From NCBI RefSeq assembly GCF_003991155.1, contig NZ_CP031293.1: a stretch of DNA of 64,000 nucleotides; one strand, 5' to 3'. The position numbers and the translations under genes are program-made. Below, one piece after another: positions 20,886-34,067 of this stretch (the first letter of the stretch is position 1; every line of letters begins with the position of its first letter). The stretch comes from Escherichia coli. GTDB taxonomy: Bacteria > Pseudomonadota > Gammaproteobacteria > Enterobacterales > Enterobacteriaceae. The notes beneath the pieces are model-generated. The model did not search any database, was not told the origin of the DNA, and was given only the letters and a program-made list of their open reading frames with translations.

Positions 20886-22225
20886 TAATCACCCCATAAA
20901 GACGAGAAACCGGAATTATTGCTGTCGCTTCCTGATTTTCGCTCACTAACATATGTGTCATAACCTGATGAACTATATCCCATTGATTCAGCCTCCCTTG
21001 CTGCAACCTTTTGAAATACAGAATATTGCGATCGGATTTCAGATAACTGTTTTCTGACGACCTCTTCAGGCTGTGTTATATCGAGTTTCGCGATCAGGTT
21101 TTCCAGTTTTTGGCCTTCAGCATTGGAGAGGCTACCCATACCTCGCATAGTCTGCACGTTCTGGACAAACGCACCCGACTTTAATTCTTCTATCGCATTA
21201 CGGTTTGCAAGCCCTTCAGCACTTGTGAAGCCATCTATATTTCTTCCTTCGAAGCGACCGATACCTTCAAGCTCCTTCTTACCAAGCAAAGAATCAATTT
21301 TCTCTATCCCTCGCTCACCAGTAATCAACGCATTGTTGTAATTATTGTTGCCATCAAGCCATCTCTTAGCCTGAGACATTCTGGCTGACGTTGCAGCTTT
21401 ACCGGTTAGAGGATCAATTCCCGTCGCTGCTATCTGTGAGTTAAGAGACAAAACATCCATATCCTGAAGTTGTCCTGCTCTTTCAAGGGCCGCCTGTGAC
21501 TGCTTAAACACATACTTGTCGTGATTCAGTCTTGCCATTTGAGCCTTATAGGAAAGATCCTGCCCCCTAATAGCCCTCGCATTCGTCATGTCATTATTGC
21601 GAATGGTTTCGTTAATTCTTTGCTGTTCCTGCTGGCGACCAACCATCTTGTCCTGAACATTGAAGTAATCAATCGGACCAAGAGCAGCCATTCCGAGGTG
21701 ATCAACAAACTCACCAAATCCTGAAGGATTCTGCTGATACATCTGAGCAACGTTGTTAGGGTCAACGCCGACGCGCGCCAGTTCCTTGGCGTTGTTTTGC
21801 AGCCATGATTGCATTGCTTCTGGAGACGAGGCCGCAAGGCGTGCGCCAGCTGCTAAGGTGCCGATAGAATTACGCTGCTCTTCATCAATGAATCCCATGC
21901 CTTTACGAACGGATTCAATCTGGTCTGGATATTGAGTAGCCAACTGACGCAAAGCACCGCGATCACCAGACGCATAAGCATTAGCGTATGCCTGCTGAAA
22001 TTCTTTCTGCCGCTGAGCCTGCTTTTCCTGCTGAAACACCCCCGCAATACCTGAAAGTCCTTGCAAAGCAGTCAGCCCAACATTGTTAGCGCCTGAACGC
22101 TCAATATCATTGTTCTGCCTGATAAGCTGAAGCGTATTGCCGATGTCATTTACGCTCGGAGCGTTTGAGTTGACGCCGCCGATACCAGCCAACAATCCGC
22201 CATTTGATCCTTGCCAAGTAGCCAT
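20885..22225 (-). CDS. Ejection protein (P22 gp20-like)
   Basis: 446 aa; gene order and overlap with flanking genes. Confidence 0.65.
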   Translation of the reverse strand: MATWQGSNGGLLAGIGGVNSNAPSVNDIGNTLQLIRQNNDIERSGANNVGLTALQGLSGIAGVFQQEKQAQRQKEFQQAYANAYASGDRGALRQLATQYPDQIESVRKGMGFIDEEQRNSIGTLAAGARLAASSPEAMQSWLQNNAKELARVGVDPNNVAQMYQQNPSGFGEFVDHLGMAALGPIDYFNVQDKMVGRQQEQQRINETIRNNDMTNARAIRGQDLSYKAQMARLNHDKYVFKQSQAALERAGQLQDMDVLSLNSQIAATGIDPLTGKAATSARMSQAKRWLDGNNNYNNALITGERGIEKIDSLLGKKELEGIGRFEGRNIDGFTSAEGLANRNAIEELKSGAFVQNVQTMRGMGSLSNAEGQKLENLIAKLDITQPEEVVRKQLSEIRSQYSVFQKVAAREAESMGYSSSGYDTYVSERKSGSDSNNSGFSSLWGD

Positions 22226-22234
22226 GATTACCCC

Positions 22235-22927
22235 TTAAAACAACGAACCAAGCAATCCGATACCAGCACCAATGCCAGCGCCCCAAGGTGTTGATGTTCC
22301 CAAAAGGCTGGCAAGACCTGCACCGGCAATCGCACCGGACGTTCCGCCGCTAATTGCTGTCTGAAGACTTGATGGTTTATTGGCATTAGCAGCGGCAAGT
22401 GCTGCGCTTTGCTGTGCAATGCTGCTCATGTTGTTGGCGTACGTCTGCCCGGCGTTTGCCTGACCTTGCAGAGCACCAAGCCCAACGTTTGCCAGATTGT
22501 TGTAATTGCTCATCTGGTTTGATAACCAAGACTGACCGAGAGTCGGCGCGATCGTAGCCAGTTGATTGCTTGTGGCTGTCGAACCAAGTCCGCCAGTCGC
22601 CTCCGCAGCAGCAAGACTCTGGTAACGAGCCTGACCTGCAAGGTCTTTATACTGCTGAGAATTGTAATACTGATTAAGTGCCTTCCCCTGACCTTCTAAA
22701 CTGGAAAGATTCTGAAGCTGGTTAACATACTGCTCCGCAAGCGGCGTGAACGGAGCAAGGTTTTTCATGATCGTCTGCCACTGCTGATTTTGCAGGTCTG
22801 CGGCATACTTCTGGGCTTCTGCTGCATACTTTGCGCTTTTATCAGAACTGCCACCTTTCCCGCCTTTTTCAGGGCAATAAGGTTCCTCGCCGCGCAGTTT
22901 TCTGCCCAGCTTAAATGCATATAACAT
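22235..22927 (-). CDS. Ejection protein (P22 gp7-like)
   Basis: 230 aa, Gly/Ala-rich C-terminus; gene order. Confidence 0.6.
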   Translation of the reverse strand: MLYAFKLGRKLRGEEPYCPEKGGKGGSSDKSAKYAAEAQKYAADLQNQQWQTIMKNLAPFTPLAEQYVNQLQNLSSLEGQGKALNQYYNSQQYKDLAGQARYQSLAAAEATGGLGSTATSNQLATIAPTLGQSWLSNQMSNYNNLANVGLGALQGQANAGQTYANNMSSIAQQSAALAAANANKPSSLQTAISGGTSGAIAGAGLASLLGTSTPWGAGIGAGIGLLGSLF

Positions 22928-22929
22928 GG

Positions 22930-23385
22930 CTATCTCCCGTGATTCAGGAAGTCGATTAGTTCTTCGCGTGTGGCGCTGTAAAACGTCACGTCATCCACGC
23001 CTTTGAAGTATTTCTTGATGGTTCCTACACGCTTAAGGCCAATCATTGCGCAGTACATCTGACCGTGGCGGAATTTGCGCGCAGCGAACGATGTGACACA
23101 CTGAACAGTGGTGTTAGTCAGAATGTATCGCCAGAACGCCAGCCCGATTTCCTTGCTGAAGCCGCGAACCTCTGGCAGGTACATGGCGTGGCAATCGAAT
23201 GTCAGCGGCTGAATCTCCTGATAGTAAACAATGCCGCCGAACTGCCCGTGCACGTTAACTTCAAAGTAACGGCAATCAGGTTTGTAGCCGTATTCATCAC
23301 CGTTATTGCTCCCGGCGATAATGTCAGGGTGATTTCCGACTGCTTCTATCAGGTCGATGTTTCGCGTTGGTTTGAATGTAATCAT
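22930..23385 (-). CDS. Virion protein (P22 gp14-like)
   Basis: 151 aa; gene order. Confidence 0.6.
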   Translation of the reverse strand: MITFKPTRNIDLIEAVGNHPDIIAGSNNGDEYGYKPDCRYFEVNVHGQFGGIVYYQEIQPLTFDCHAMYLPEVRGFSKEIGLAFWRYILTNTTVQCVTSFAARKFRHGQMYCAMIGLKRVGTIKKYFKGVDDVTFYSATREELIDFLNHGR

Positions 23386-24086
23386 CAGTCAATCAGCCCA
23401 TGTAATCTAAGTGCTGTTTCAAGCGCCAGAATACGCTGCCGCGCCTGCTGCAAACCTGTAGCGAGAGCCGCGACTTCGGATTGCGTGTACGTAGTGCCGA
23501 CAGTGTATGACTGGTTAGCGTTGAATGAGCCAAGAAGTGGCGTACCTGTGGCTGCAGTCCATCCGGTCTGCCTTGCTCCAACGACCTGAATTCCATCAAC
23601 TGAATATGATGTTTTTACATCCAGCGGTGACGCAAGAGACTGCGATTCGGTTACGGTTTTCGATACGTAATCACTCTTAATGCCAGAGACATCGTTTTCT
23701 ACGTCATTCAGTCTTTGGTCAACAGTGACCAGATGCGCCTGAATATCGATAACCTCATCCAGCAAGTAATCAACATCGCTACGCAGTACGACTATCTTCC
23801 CTTCGGCAGTTGTTAACCTGACCTCAAGGAGATTTATCGCTTTTGTGTTTGCGGTGATTCTTGCGTCGTGATCAGCCAGTTCGACATCCTGTTCATCGTT
23901 TTTCACCTGAGCATCGTAAGCGCCCTGACCAGCCTGATTTGCCTTCCCGGCAATTGCGCCGACATCAGCCCCCTGATTAATGACATACAGCAGGTAAGAC
24001 TGGCTGAAGATATTGCGTGGAAGGATTGATGTATCGAGCCGCGTCGCCTGCACAATAACAGGAGTGTTGAGATTCGAATCCGCCAT
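23385..24086 (-). CDS. Tail needle protein (P22 gp26-like)
   Basis: 233 aa; N- and C-terminal sequences match gp26 as remembered. Confidence 0.9.
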   Translation of the reverse strand: MADSNLNTPVIVQATRLDTSILPRNIFSQSYLLYVINQGADVGAIAGKANQAGQGAYDAQVKNDEQDVELADHDARITANTKAINLLEVRLTTAEGKIVVLRSDVDYLLDEVIDIQAHLVTVDQRLNDVENDVSGIKSDYVSKTVTESQSLASPLDVKTSYSVDGIQVVGARQTGWTAATGTPLLGSFNANQSYTVGTTYTQSEVAALATGLQQARQRILALETALRLHGLID

Positions 24087-25504
24087 TACTCAATCCTTAT
24101 CTGAGCGCCAGAAAGAGTTACAGGTGACTTCGTGATAACGCGCAATTTGAAGCCGACATTTTTCCTGATGCGCCCTACTCTCTTCCACAAAACACGCTTG
24201 TCGTAAACGAACGGTTCATTCTGCTCAATCATCTGCTCACGACCGTAATTGATGCCATCAGTGGTTGCCGAGAGGAACAGGCGGTCGGCGTACTGAGCGA
24301 CACCCGTCGATGATTCCACCTCCAGATCAAAGCATCTGGCGTTATCCGCTTTGAACAACGGAGTAAACAGCAGGTGTTCCTGTTGCTTGTCGTACTGGCT
24401 GCTGATATCGAATTGCAATTTCCCGGTCACGGACTCCAGCTTATCGCCGCACGTTATCTGATTGCCTTCGTAAATGAAGTCGATAGCGCGGTACACATCG
24501 TCATACAGGCCTGTTTTCAGTACACACCATTGCGGACCATTGGCGCTTGAAGATGCGTCGTACACGAGAACATGGCGCGGAAGATGGATAATCAGCAGCT
24601 CATGCGCATCAAATCGCAGAGACTCCATCACACCATCAGCCAGTTCATCAGCAGTGTAGGAGCGGAGGATTTTCTCAATGCTCGCGCTGGCGATTGGTGA
24701 TACCTGACCGGAGCCGATGATATATACAGACGGCGCACCTGTTGCCGGATTGCTGATGAACGCATAAGAATCAGCGAATGGCGTTTTGCAGTAAGTCCCG
24801 GCGATGCCTTTTTGCACCATCAGTGATGGCTGTGCGACATACAAAGCGGCACCAACGGTAGTTGATCCTGTCAGGGAGAAATATTCAATAGTCGATGAAC
24901 CAAAGCATACGATGAAGTCTCGCCATGTTCCGATGCCGATGATGCCGTCAGGCTGCGATTCTGCGCGATATTGTGCGCTGTAGCGGTCAGGGTGCGATTC
25001 GTCTTCAAGGTCAGTGATAAACCATGAATCAGTACCGTCTTTTGACCACGCATAACGCCCACGCAAGCGCGTAATGTCGCGAACAGAACCTAACTCATAC
25101 TGCGTGAATCCGCTGTCCGTAGGCCAGTTTGAGACGGTTTTAACCGTGCCATCATAGCGATACTCGACCAGTTGACCATTAACGCCTACCGCCTGTGATG
25201 TCCGACCATGCGCCATTGATACGCGACCACTTCCGGCAACATCACCGACTTCACTTTCGCCTTTGTACAGCTTGCCACCACACACACGATAAACAGCATT
25301 CTGCGCCATGTTGTACTCGACACCGCGAGATACACCGTTCACATCAGAACGTTTTGCAATGCCCGGGAATGAGCGAAGATATCCGCTGCTGTTCAGGATT
25401 TCTTTGGGTGTAGCCAACATATTCACTGGCAGATAGTCGATATAGTCGGCATTTCGGAAGTCTTTGCCGACACCTTTCATAAGCGGAAGTTGCTGAATCG
25501 GCAT
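24086..25504 (-). CDS. Tail accessory factor (P22 gp10-like)
   Basis: 472 aa; gene order. Confidence 0.8.
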   Translation of the reverse strand: MPIQQLPLMKGVGKDFRNADYIDYLPVNMLATPKEILNSSGYLRSFPGIAKRSDVNGVSRGVEYNMAQNAVYRVCGGKLYKGESEVGDVAGSGRVSMAHGRTSQAVGVNGQLVEYRYDGTVKTVSNWPTDSGFTQYELGSVRDITRLRGRYAWSKDGTDSWFITDLEDESHPDRYSAQYRAESQPDGIIGIGTWRDFIVCFGSSTIEYFSLTGSTTVGAALYVAQPSLMVQKGIAGTYCKTPFADSYAFISNPATGAPSVYIIGSGQVSPIASASIEKILRSYTADELADGVMESLRFDAHELLIIHLPRHVLVYDASSSANGPQWCVLKTGLYDDVYRAIDFIYEGNQITCGDKLESVTGKLQFDISSQYDKQQEHLLFTPLFKADNARCFDLEVESSTGVAQYADRLFLSATTDGINYGREQMIEQNEPFVYDKRVLWKRVGRIRKNVGFKLRVITKSPVTLSGAQIRIE

Positions 25505-26005
25505 TTATTCGCCCCCGTTATCGCAAGGTTCCTTCCGGTGGAAGTAATTCCAACCATTCCACTTCGCCAACTGGTTACCGCTACCAACAGGCATACGGTT
25601 TGGATAACCGGACTTACATTTAGCGGCTTTTGCTCTGTCCATTGCAGACAGTTTGACGAGTCGCTCTTTCCCGTATCTGGCAGTGGTTATAAGTTTTGCA
25701 GGCGCTTCCAGCGCATAATCCGGTGCAATGCGGCAGGCAAGGTTGAAAATAACAGCATTGATAGCGTTATTTGATAAACCGTGCTCATCGCCCGGATCCG
25801 GAGCGACATCTGCATCAGCAAAAATGTAGCCAACGTTGATCCCAGGTGACGCATCACCGCCAAGCCATTCAGCCATCATCATTTCAAGGTCGTTGACGCC
25901 GTCTTCCATAGACTGCGGTTCGACATCAGTTAACGTGGCATTTGATGCCACACCGAGCTTACGTAATGCCGCAAGGACTAAATCACCCTTCGTTGTCAGG
26001 TTCAT
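25505..26005 (-). CDS. Tail accessory factor (P22 gp4-like)
   Basis: 166 aa from internal ATG (MNLTTKG), matching gp4 length. Confidence 0.65.
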   Translation of the reverse strand: MNLTTKGDLVLAALRKLGVASNATLTDVEPQSMEDGVNDLEMMMAEWLGGDASPGINVGYIFADADVAPDPGDEHGLSNNAINAVIFNLACRIAPDYALEAPAKLITTARYGKERLVKLSAMDRAKAAKCKSGYPNRMPVGSGNQLAKWNGWNYFHRKEPCDNGGE

Positions 26006-26219
26006 CTGATGCCGCCTTAGGTTTTCGACCAGGCTTTTTACGCTGCTTTTCTTCTGGCTCTGGCTCTTGCTTTGCAACATCCTTCAAAAGGTCATCAGGA
26101 TGTGAAAACCAGCCAGCATCCAGATATTCCTGAAGCTCTTCGGCTTTCACGATTTCAAAGTCGTAGCCAACGCCTTTCCACTTCTTCATGTCGCCATGAC
26201 GAAAGATCATGTGTGTCAT
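25983..26219 (-). CDS. Small hypothetical protein after the coat-gene terminator
   Basis: 78 aa from MTHMIF; GGAGA RBS after hairpin GGGAGCTTCGGCTCCC plus T-run. Confidence 0.3.
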   Translation of the reverse strand: MTHMIFRHGDMKKWKGVGYDFEIVKAEELQEYLDAGWFSHPDDLLKDVAKQEPEPEEKQRKKPGRKPKAASDEPDNEG

Positions 26220-26263
26220 GCTTGTCTCCAGATAAAAACGGGAGCCGAAGCTCCCTCTGGTTA

Positions 26264-27559
26264 TCACGCGGTCTGGTTAGGCAGACCAACACCAATTGCC
26301 TCTGGCCGTACAGCACATGCTGAATACCACACAGCAATACGGCACTTACCAGACAGAGTATTGATATCACCCTGCGTTGCGAAGATGCCGTTAACACCAA
26401 TACCAGGAATGCTGAAGGAAGACGTTTTCATGCCAGCAAACAGTTCATGGGTTACCGGAATCGGCTGAGACAGCAGGCGGATTGAGTCATCAGCCCAGAA
26501 CACGTTAGCGGTGGTTGTTGCCACGTTCAGAACGTTTACCGTAGTGGAATCAGCAAGAGAGGTGTTTACGTTAGCGTAAGCCTTCTCTTCTTTTGTCAGT
26601 GACGCGTCATCCAGTGCAATCGGCTTCGGCGTGATTTCGATGTGAGTACTATCGATCACACGGGTGATTGAGAAAGTTGCATCATCAGTCAGCACGTTCT
26701 TCGCCATCTGAGACAGGAATTTCACACCAGTGAAACTGATTTTGTCGCCGCGCTTAAATCCGGTGGTGGAGGATACAGTCACCGTTGCAACACGGTTGTC
26801 GACGTTCTCTTTGTTACCATCGGTATCAAGGGTGTATGCCTGCGGCTTAAACTTCTGCGCGCCAGAAACAGTTACACCAGTAGCGGTTGACTTGGTAACT
26901 GCCGGAAGTTTCGGTGAGCGAAGAATTTCATCAAAGCCAGCAATCTGACGCTGAATAGTACCGTTGTGATACGCATCTTCAGGAACGCGCCCGAAGATGT
27001 CACCATCTACAAGATTGCGGCCTGCTTTGCGGTAATCGTCAGGGTTCAGGAAGTAACTGATACCCATGTCGCGGTTGAGTTCGCGGGAGAACATCAGTCG
27101 CTCTGCATCAGACACAAAATCCCAGCCAGACAGGCCAGTAGATGGACCAATTGCGCGGGTATCGTGAACAACAAGTGAGCCCATTTCGGTTGCCTGTTTG
27201 GCAATTGCTGACTCAATGTTATTCGCCAGTTTTTTGGCGGATGCCTGGATGCGGCGACGGTAAGAACGCTCATCACGCAGGTCATCTGCACGAAGCTCGA
27301 AGAAATCGTTATCCGGATCGCCCATGTTGCACTTCACGGAGAGTTCCAGAATCCCGGTTGCGTTGCCAGTTAAATCCCAGCCAGTCTGGGTTGGCGCTTC
27401 CTGCTCAACAGGCATCCACACGGTGTTGCTTGAACGCTGCATGGATTCTGCCGGAGGGGTGTATTTTGTCACTTTGGACGCCATTGGCGTCAGGTTCTGG
27501 ACGGTTTCGATGATTTCATCCAGAGCATACGTGACCAGTTGACCTTCATTTAATGCCAT
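26264..27559 (-). CDS. Major coat protein (P22 gp5-like)
   Basis: 431 aa, [19 protein letters not shown]. Confidence 0.95.
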   Translation of the reverse strand: MALNEGQLVTYALDEIIETVQNLTPMASKVTKYTPPAESMQRSSNTVWMPVEQEAPTQTGWDLTGNATGILELSVKCNMGDPDNDFFELRADDLRDERSYRRRIQASAKKLANNIESAIAKQATEMGSLVVHDTRAIGPSTGLSGWDFVSDAERLMFSRELNRDMGISYFLNPDDYRKAGRNLVDGDIFGRVPEDAYHNGTIQRQIAGFDEILRSPKLPAVTKSTATGVTVSGAQKFKPQAYTLDTDGNKENVDNRVATVTVSSTTGFKRGDKISFTGVKFLSQMAKNVLTDDATFSITRVIDSTHIEITPKPIALDDASLTKEEKAYANVNTSLADSTTVNVLNVATTTANVFWADDSIRLLSQPIPVTHELFAGMKTSSFSIPGIGVNGIFATQGDINTLSGKCRIAVWYSACAVRPEAIGVGLPNQTA

Positions 27560-28470
27560 TATCGAATTCCTTTATTCAGTTGCGCCTTGAGCTTGCGGTA
27601 TGTCTCCACATCACCTTTGTTTGCTGCCGCTTCCATCTGCTTTTCAATCGCAGAGATATTTGCAGCAACAGCGTGTCCCTGAATGGGTTCATCAGGTAAC
27701 GGGGCTTCTGAAACAGGCTTTGCTCGAGGCTTGAGAGTTAAACGTTCTGACAGTCGAGTGAGTTCAATCAGCGCGGATTGCCCGTCCATCGCCAGCAACT
27801 GGCGTGTTTTCTCAGGATTAGCACCAAGGTGATACATGAGAGCGGCGGATTTCTCCGGGAAGAGGCGCATGATGTCGGCACCGACTGCTGGCGGCACCAG
27901 TTGCATGAATGCATCCTCTTTCTCCTGATAGTCAGGGATATTGAGTTTTTCCGCTGCGTCGTAGTGCTTACGGGCTGCCTCGACGTATTGCGCTGATTGC
28001 TGGGTGAACTCCTGAGTTTTGCGCCCCTGCTCGGCGACAGCCCGGCTTCGTGCGTCCATAGCCTTGATCTGCCATTCACTGTTTGCCTGCTGGAAGGCAG
28101 CCAGTGCGCGGCTCTGGTCATAGTCGTACTTAGCCAGTGCATCTTCGGAAAGATAATCGTTAGGGTCTGGTTGTTTTGGTAACTCAGGGTTCACCCGCAG
28201 GTGCTCCGGCAACTCTCCACGCTTAACCGCTTCCATCTGCTGCTCAAGCTCACGCTGGCGTTTGCGTTCGATGCGGCGACGGGCAAATTCAGCATTAGTT
28301 GCCGGGTCTTGTTTTGGTTTCTCATCGTCTTTCAGGACAATCTCGAAGCCTTCTTCCTGACCTGCGTTGTCGTTGGCATTATCGACAACTAAGCCATCAG
28401 CAGATGCCGCTGCATGATTGCCGGGCAGGGTTAATTCTTCAGAAGCCTGAATGTCGGTGGTTTGGTCCAT
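27559..28470 (-). CDS. Scaffolding protein (P22 gp8-like)
   Basis: 303 aa, charged; between portal and coat. Confidence 0.8.
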   Translation of the reverse strand: MDQTTDIQASEELTLPGNHAAASADGLVVDNANDNAGQEEGFEIVLKDDEKPKQDPATNAEFARRRIERKRQRELEQQMEAVKRGELPEHLRVNPELPKQPDPNDYLSEDALAKYDYDQSRALAAFQQANSEWQIKAMDARSRAVAEQGRKTQEFTQQSAQYVEAARKHYDAAEKLNIPDYQEKEDAFMQLVPPAVGADIMRLFPEKSAALMYHLGANPEKTRQLLAMDGQSALIELTRLSERLTLKPRAKPVSEAPLPDEPIQGHAVAANISAIEKQMEAAANKGDVETYRKLKAQLNKGIR

Positions 28471-28483
28471 GATTAACTCTCTC

Positions 28484-30649
28484 TTATTGAGGTGTCTCGG
28501 CTACTCCGCCGGAGGGGATTTGAACTTGACGCATAAGATTCGCGAAATCCATGCGTTGTGAATGAGTCTGGTCTGCATCTTTAAGAAGCAGCTCAGCGTT
28601 AGCACGAGCATCTTTGCTGCGCTGTTGCTGGAATTGACCTACGAGCTTGAGGTACTCACGCAGTTCTGCCTGCTTGTCTAGGTCCATATTGTTGAAGATT
28701 TCCGCAATCTTCGCGGCGTTGAGTTGGTTTTGGGCTTCAACCTTGGCGGCTTCAACCTGAATCTGCGCCTGTTGGTTCTCTGCCTTGAGCAATTCAGCCT
28801 GACCTTGCAGAAGGATACCCTGCGCCTGAATTTGCTCTGCTGATGGCTGCTGCGGCTGCTGTTGAGCCTGCTGTACCATCTCCATCTCTTCAGGTGTTTC
28901 TGGTTTCTTCAGCCCCATCATCACCAGTTGCTTGTTCGCGTACTCTCGCATCATCTCGACGCCTTTACCGTCAAGCAGCGTGAAGTATTGCAGCATCAGC
29001 ATCTGGAACTCTGGAGTACCTTGTGGAACCTTGGTGAGTAACTCCTGAATCTCTGCGCGGTTCTGTTCCTTCATACTCTGGAAGGATGGTCCAACGTCTG
29101 TATAGCACTCATAGCGACCGCGAATGTCGTTGAGTGTGACCACATTGCCGGACTGGTAATCTACAACTTGCGCGTAGAGTTGAACGTCTTTCTCGCTTCC
29201 GTCTTCAAGAGTCAGCGTTACATGGCGAGGAACGTCATAAATATCGTTGACCATTGAGGCATAAATCTCGCCATCACGTCGCATTGCGGTAGCCAGGTTA
29301 TCCTGAAACACGTATGTCTCAAGGTCTGCCCGCATGTTCAGTTGATTGACGGTATCGAAAGCGACCTGACCATTTGCCGCCTGCGCATCAACGCCAAGAC
29401 TAGCCACCTCTTTCACTGCGTTGGTGGCTGCCTCAAGCATGTAAGCGTTGGCTTGCGGCACTTCAGGGTTTTCCATGTAGGAGATTGGACCAATCGGCAG
29501 GTCGTTACCGTTTTCATCGGTCCTGTTCTGCAGATAGTACGGATAGTCATCATTTCCACCGTACATGTATTCGTAGCCTTCGATTTGCTCAGGGAAGAAG
29601 GTCGGTTTCTTCTTCGGTGAACGAGCAACAATATCGGCGTTGAATGACATGATCATGTTACGAAGGCGCTGACCGTCTTTCGTCAGCCTTACCACTCCTT
29701 CGTAGCACTCCTTGTCACCAGCGAATGACCATTCGCCATACACTGGAACGATTGGAATATGCTCTCCGGCTATCTTCTCGCGGTCTTTCAGTATCTGCGT
29801 GCAGGTGATGATCGACTTATACACACGCCGACGCTTGACCTTACGCTCTGCCACCTTAATGAATCCACGATTAGCCAGGTCGTCGATGACGTCTTTGATA
29901 TCCTGCTGGTAATAGCTGACCGGCTCACCTGTCAGCGGGTCGCGGTAGATGAAGACTTTCTCTTTCTTCTCTTCGACCTCGTAATACTCAGCGACGTAGA
30001 CGACATCATTCGATACCCACGGAAACAGCCATGTATCGTTCGGATTCTGGAAAGATGGCAAGGTGTCAGGATCAATACCGTAATCCTCTGCGAACTCTTT
30101 CCAGCCATTGCGTGACAAAGCGTTAATCACCGTGCAGTGCTTAGCGTCGCTCTTATCCATCTGCTTGCTATTGGCGTCCCATATGACGTGTGAGCAGGCT
30201 TCATGGATTGGAAGGCGTCGGATTACCTGATTGTTGCTTGTTGGATCGTTGTCTTCGTACTGCGTGACCAGACGCCATGCACCAACGCCGGACTCTATCT
30301 GCTCACGAACGCCAACGTTAACGGCAATTTTTGCCGTGTTATGGCGCATATCAGTACGATACATCCCCATCAACACATCGGCTGCATCAGGATTAGCACC
30401 GTCTTTTGGTCGGAAGAGAACGTCGATAGGGTTCCGGCGCATCTCTGCGACCAACTTCCTGACCACCGGGCGGACAACATCGAATTGTCCGCGATATTGC
30501 AGGGTGGTGTAGTTTGATAGCCAGTCATCCCATTGCGACACTCGGCTAAAATACAGGTCATTTGTCGCCTCGGTTCTGGCTTCATCGCTCGCCATCCAGT
30601 CTGCGTCAAACTTACACAGAATGGAATTGAGTCTGTTTTCGTCGGCCAT
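28484..30649 (-). CDS. Portal protein (P22 gp1-like)
   Basis: 721 aa; Gln-rich C-terminal barrel region. Confidence 0.9.
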   Translation of the reverse strand: MADENRLNSILCKFDADWMASDEARTEATNDLYFSRVSQWDDWLSNYTTLQYRGQFDVVRPVVRKLVAEMRRNPIDVLFRPKDGANPDAADVLMGMYRTDMRHNTAKIAVNVGVREQIESGVGAWRLVTQYEDNDPTSNNQVIRRLPIHEACSHVIWDANSKQMDKSDAKHCTVINALSRNGWKEFAEDYGIDPDTLPSFQNPNDTWLFPWVSNDVVYVAEYYEVEEKKEKVFIYRDPLTGEPVSYYQQDIKDVIDDLANRGFIKVAERKVKRRRVYKSIITCTQILKDREKIAGEHIPIVPVYGEWSFAGDKECYEGVVRLTKDGQRLRNMIMSFNADIVARSPKKKPTFFPEQIEGYEYMYGGNDDYPYYLQNRTDENGNDLPIGPISYMENPEVPQANAYMLEAATNAVKEVASLGVDAQAANGQVAFDTVNQLNMRADLETYVFQDNLATAMRRDGEIYASMVNDIYDVPRHVTLTLEDGSEKDVQLYAQVVDYQSGNVVTLNDIRGRYECYTDVGPSFQSMKEQNRAEIQELLTKVPQGTPEFQMLMLQYFTLLDGKGVEMMREYANKQLVMMGLKKPETPEEMEMVQQAQQQPQQPSAEQIQAQGILLQGQAELLKAENQQAQIQVEAAKVEAQNQLNAAKIAEIFNNMDLDKQAELREYLKLVGQFQQQRSKDARANAELLLKDADQTHSQRMDFANLMRQVQIPSGGVAETPQ

Positions 30650-32149
30650 TTAAGTTCTCCGTGCGATGGGCCTGATTGGGGCTGGTATCTTTTTCTCTTT
30701 TGGCTTTTTGATGTCGCGCATCATTTTTGCGAAGCGGCGCATCATGTATGCATAGCGAACGGCGGATAGCACGTCGTCGTTAAGCTTGACGATTTTCCCG
30801 TTTTCATCACGGTGATAGAGGCGGAACTCCTCAAAGAATGGCTCACAGGTGTTGAATACTTTGAAGCGACCGTCGAGCATCATGTCTCGCAATTCAGTGA
30901 TGCCAGGCTCAACAGCGTTACCGCCATCAGGCCATGTCGCATGCTCCTGCAACATCATAAATCCAGCGTCTGCATACTGCCCTTTGAGCTGCTCACCGCC
31001 GCCCTTCTCATGCTGGTTTCCGTCATGAGGCCATGCGGTTGGCACTTTATGCGCCCATGATTTAACAGCTCCCCATGCCTGAACCGCTGTTTTTTCTTTC
31101 GCCTTCCACACGCGTGAAACGTAGATTGTGTCTGCGTCCTTATCCCACCAAAGCTGAACCTGCGCCTGTGGGTGATCCCATCCGAAATCCATCCCACCAA
31201 TTACGTAGAAGTGATCAGGACACTCGAACGGCTGACACTTAATTGTCTCTTCCGGTATCTGGAAGATTCGACCACTACCCATCGTAGGAATACCGCGAGC
31301 ACGCGCCTCTCTCTCATGCTCTGGATAGGATGCGATGATTTGCTCTTTCTGCTCGTCGGTATAGTGCTCAGCGTCATAGATGGTCATGTTGACCACTTTC
31401 TGCGACTTGCTTGGATTCTTCAGGAACTTGGTAACAACGTCAGACATCCCCATCAGCGGGGTAAACGTCAGAATTGAGAATTGACCGTATTTGTTGGTAC
31501 GGGTAAGACCTTCGCCATAAATGCTGTATGGTGGCTCTTCGTCAAACCACACGCCGTGGATTGTGTCACCCTGCCAGCGAGCACGGCCTTGCGAGTATGG
31601 TTTGAAGTAGCAGATTGAAATGCCATCTTCAACGCCATCAGCCGTGTGATGCTTAACCAGAAGATGATCAACAAGGTTCGGAAAGAAAGGAGACTTCTTC
31701 CAGCTAATGATGTCTTCTTTCGGTATGGAACCGTAGCCAGGCTCATCATTCTCTTCGATACGACCGCACAGGATGCGTTGAGTCGTTTTGGTTACAGTCT
31801 CGTTTGTCTCGCCACCAATCCAGAAGACAACGGGCTCATAGAAACGCTTACCTTTCCACTCACCGCCATATTTACCATCAGCAGGATAGCCTTTTGTGCC
31901 CGGATAACGCCCTGTAAGGTGAAACGCGACTTCAGCAGCACCAGTAAATGACTTACCAAGCTGGTTACCAGCCATAAAACATCGCTCTGGATAGTCATGC
32001 CCGGCGTCGATGAACTCACGCTGTTTGCTGTATGGCGTAAATTCATATAGCAGGTGTGTGTTCCGGTAGTTCTCTTCTTCTTCGAGTAGCTCGAGCAATT
32101 CGATTTGCTCTTCGTCGCTCAGGTTATCAAGAATCGCGTCCAGTTCCAC
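30650..32149 (-). CDS. Terminase large subunit (P22 gp2-like)
   Basis: 499 aa; gene order. Confidence 0.9.
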   Translation of the reverse strand: MELDAILDNLSDEEQIELLELLEEEENYRNTHLLYEFTPYSKQREFIDAGHDYPERCFMAGNQLGKSFTGAAEVAFHLTGRYPGTKGYPADGKYGGEWKGKRFYEPVVFWIGGETNETVTKTTQRILCGRIEENDEPGYGSIPKEDIISWKKSPFFPNLVDHLLVKHHTADGVEDGISICYFKPYSQGRARWQGDTIHGVWFDEEPPYSIYGEGLTRTNKYGQFSILTFTPLMGMSDVVTKFLKNPSKSQKVVNMTIYDAEHYTDEQKEQIIASYPEHEREARARGIPTMGSGRIFQIPEETIKCQPFECPDHFYVIGGMDFGWDHPQAQVQLWWDKDADTIYVSRVWKAKEKTAVQAWGAVKSWAHKVPTAWPHDGNQHEKGGGEQLKGQYADAGFMMLQEHATWPDGGNAVEPGITELRDMMLDGRFKVFNTCEPFFEEFRLYHRDENGKIVKLNDDVLSAVRYAYMMRRFAKMMRDIKKPKEKKIPAPIRPIARRT

Positions 32150-32621
32150 GGTTGAATAGCTCCTTGATACGAGAGCGTCGCTTATCGCGATCTCCCTTAT
32201 CAGGTGTCACGTCTTCAACTTGCGACTGCTCTTTGAGGCCCAAATCACGGGCGATGATGTTAGCGTTGAGAAGGTCAGCGGCTGCGCCAGAGAATTTCTG
32301 GTCGTAGATGACCTGCTCTGCTCGCGTAACGACTTCAGATAAATCTTCTCGCAGGCGATATGTGCGCCATGTTTCAAGCGTCACATCAATGAACAGAGTG
32401 AGTCCGGTAATAGTCATCGCTCGCATCTTGGCGATAGGCTCTTGTATCACTTCACCCTGATACGAGAACGCCTTCATCTCCCATAGCGGGTTAGCTTCTA
32501 CCCACTCGAAGTATTCACAACAAGCAGCCCACAGCGCCTCAGGCGATTCGAATTTCGGGTTTCGCCCATGACTACTGCGGGCCTCCCAAAATCGGTTGCC
32601 CTTTGGTGCCGCCATATTCAT
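32127..32621 (-). CDS. Terminase small subunit (P22 gp3-like)
   Basis: 164 aa; [23 protein letters not shown]. Confidence 0.75.
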   Translation of the reverse strand: MNMAAPKGNRFWEARSSHGRNPKFESPEALWAACCEYFEWVEANPLWEMKAFSYQGEVIQEPIAKMRAMTITGLTLFIDVTLETWRTYRLREDLSEVVTRAEQVIYDQKFSGAAADLLNANIIARDLGLKEQSQVEDVTPDKGDRDKRRSRIKELFNRGTGRDS

Positions 32622-32819
32622 CTCACTTATTTGTTATTTCAGGCTGATGACTCTTTCGCGCTTTCAATCAGTGACTGCTTCAGCAGTTCGAGTGTGCCAA
32701 TCGCCTCGCATAAACTGATTTCACCATCGTAATCATGGATGACGCTTTCAAGCCGCTCGTATAGCTCTTGAGTAATTGGGAATTTCTTCTCCTTGCCCAA
32801 ATTGATTACGCGGCTCACA

Positions 32820-33062
32820 TCATGCTCCGGTAGTGAACAGGTCTAACGCTTCCTTCGATTTACGCACCGCTTCGATAGTGCGGGTCGTGATATCTGAATT
32901 AGCGCCACCTGACTGGAAGTGAATTTTGAATAGCTCAAGCTTCAGTTCGTCAGTGCCAATGAACTGAAATGCTTCCTCTGCGGCTGCGTTCTGGTTCATG
33001 ACCAGTTTGTAAATCTCTAACTGGAATTTCTGTTCTTCAGTCATGGGAATAATCTCTGCCAT
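32820..33062 (-). CDS. Hypothetical late-region protein
   Basis: 80 aa ORF between lysis genes and terminase; a possible 59-aa GTG ORF follows at about 32641-32818. Confidence 0.35.
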   Translation of the reverse strand: MAEIIPMTEEQKFQLEIYKLVMNQNAAAEEAFQFIGTDELKLELFKIHFQSGGANSDITTRTIEAVRKSKEALDLFTTGA

Positions 33063-33365
33063 TGTTGGCTCCGTTTATCCGTTAAAAGGGATATCAGTTA
33101 AGTTATCCCGTGTAGGGTATAAGCCATTGTCGAGACCACTCATTGAATGGCCTCTGCAATAACCGATGTCTTTCCATCAGTCCGCCACCACAAAGAATCT
33201 TTTTTGCCATAAGGCTGGAGGTTCATCTTTCAGTGGCTGCCAGTGTTATTTCCCCACTTACTGGCTTGGGTTGTTTCGCTGTACTGCCGTTAATTGGTGA
33301 CCAGAAATTAACTCCGGTTTCATTATCAAGCCCACCCGTAGATGGGCTTTGTAATGACTACATGG

Positions 33366-33803
33366 TTAAATGATTTGCCAGTCTTCAGCCATCAGGTCGC
33401 CAATGGATGGAACCCATGTAGCAAGGCGGTTCTGTGAGTTTTTCAATACAAGCGTGTCATTGAAAGTTGGCTCGCCAACATATTCGCCAAAGCCATAACC
33501 CAACGCAGACGCTAATTTTTCCCCTTTCACGAGATAAACAAACTGGTCTTTCCCATTCCATCCTGCCCGCTGCAAACTTTTGCCCTGTTTTAACGCTTCC
33601 ATGGCAAGGCCGAAACTTAGCCCTGATACCGGACGATAAGCCTTCTCGAATACTTCTTTTGGACTCCAGCTAACGTAGCCATCAAAGCGATCGGTGTTAG
33701 GTTTTCCGCCATCCAGATATTCAACCAGATAGCCTTCGTCCTCGCCGTTTTCTCCGGCAGGAAGCTGCCAGCCACGAAAATCGTTATATGCCTGTCTCGT
33801 CAT
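33366..33803 (-). CDS. DUF2829-like phage protein downstream of lysis cassette
   Basis: Start taken at internal MTRQAYNDF (coordinate approximate); ORF track extends to 33968 but N-extension looks non-coding. Confidence 0.4.
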   Translation of the reverse strand: MTRQAYNDFRGWQLPAGENGEDEGYLVEYLDGGKPNTDRFDGYVSWSPKEVFEKAYRPVSGLSFGLAMEALKQGKSLQRAGWNGKDQFVYLVKGEKLASALGYGFGEYVGEPTFNDTLVLKNSQNRLATWVPSIGDLMAEDWQII

Positions 33804-34067
33804 CGGAAAGGCGTTAATCAGTTTTACGCCAATATGCTGGGTCATAAAATTACCTATGCAGTTGGGAATAAAAAGCCCCGCAAATGCGAGGCTAAATCCT
33901 GGTATTTGTAATGAACTGGCTCTTATCTCAACGCAGCCCCTTGCCGCGCGCCATATGCTTAACTTCAAGCATCAGCAATGAGATGTTTAATCTGGATTCA
34001 CTCCAGAAGTGATCACCACCCTGCCTACAGAGCCAGATGTGAAGGATGATGAGTAGAATTATCGCTA

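Noticed and set aside
21123-22047. Short ORFs on both strands within the gp20-like gene
   Set aside because: Embedded in or antisense to a contiguous virion-gene block with tight overlaps; no independent support.
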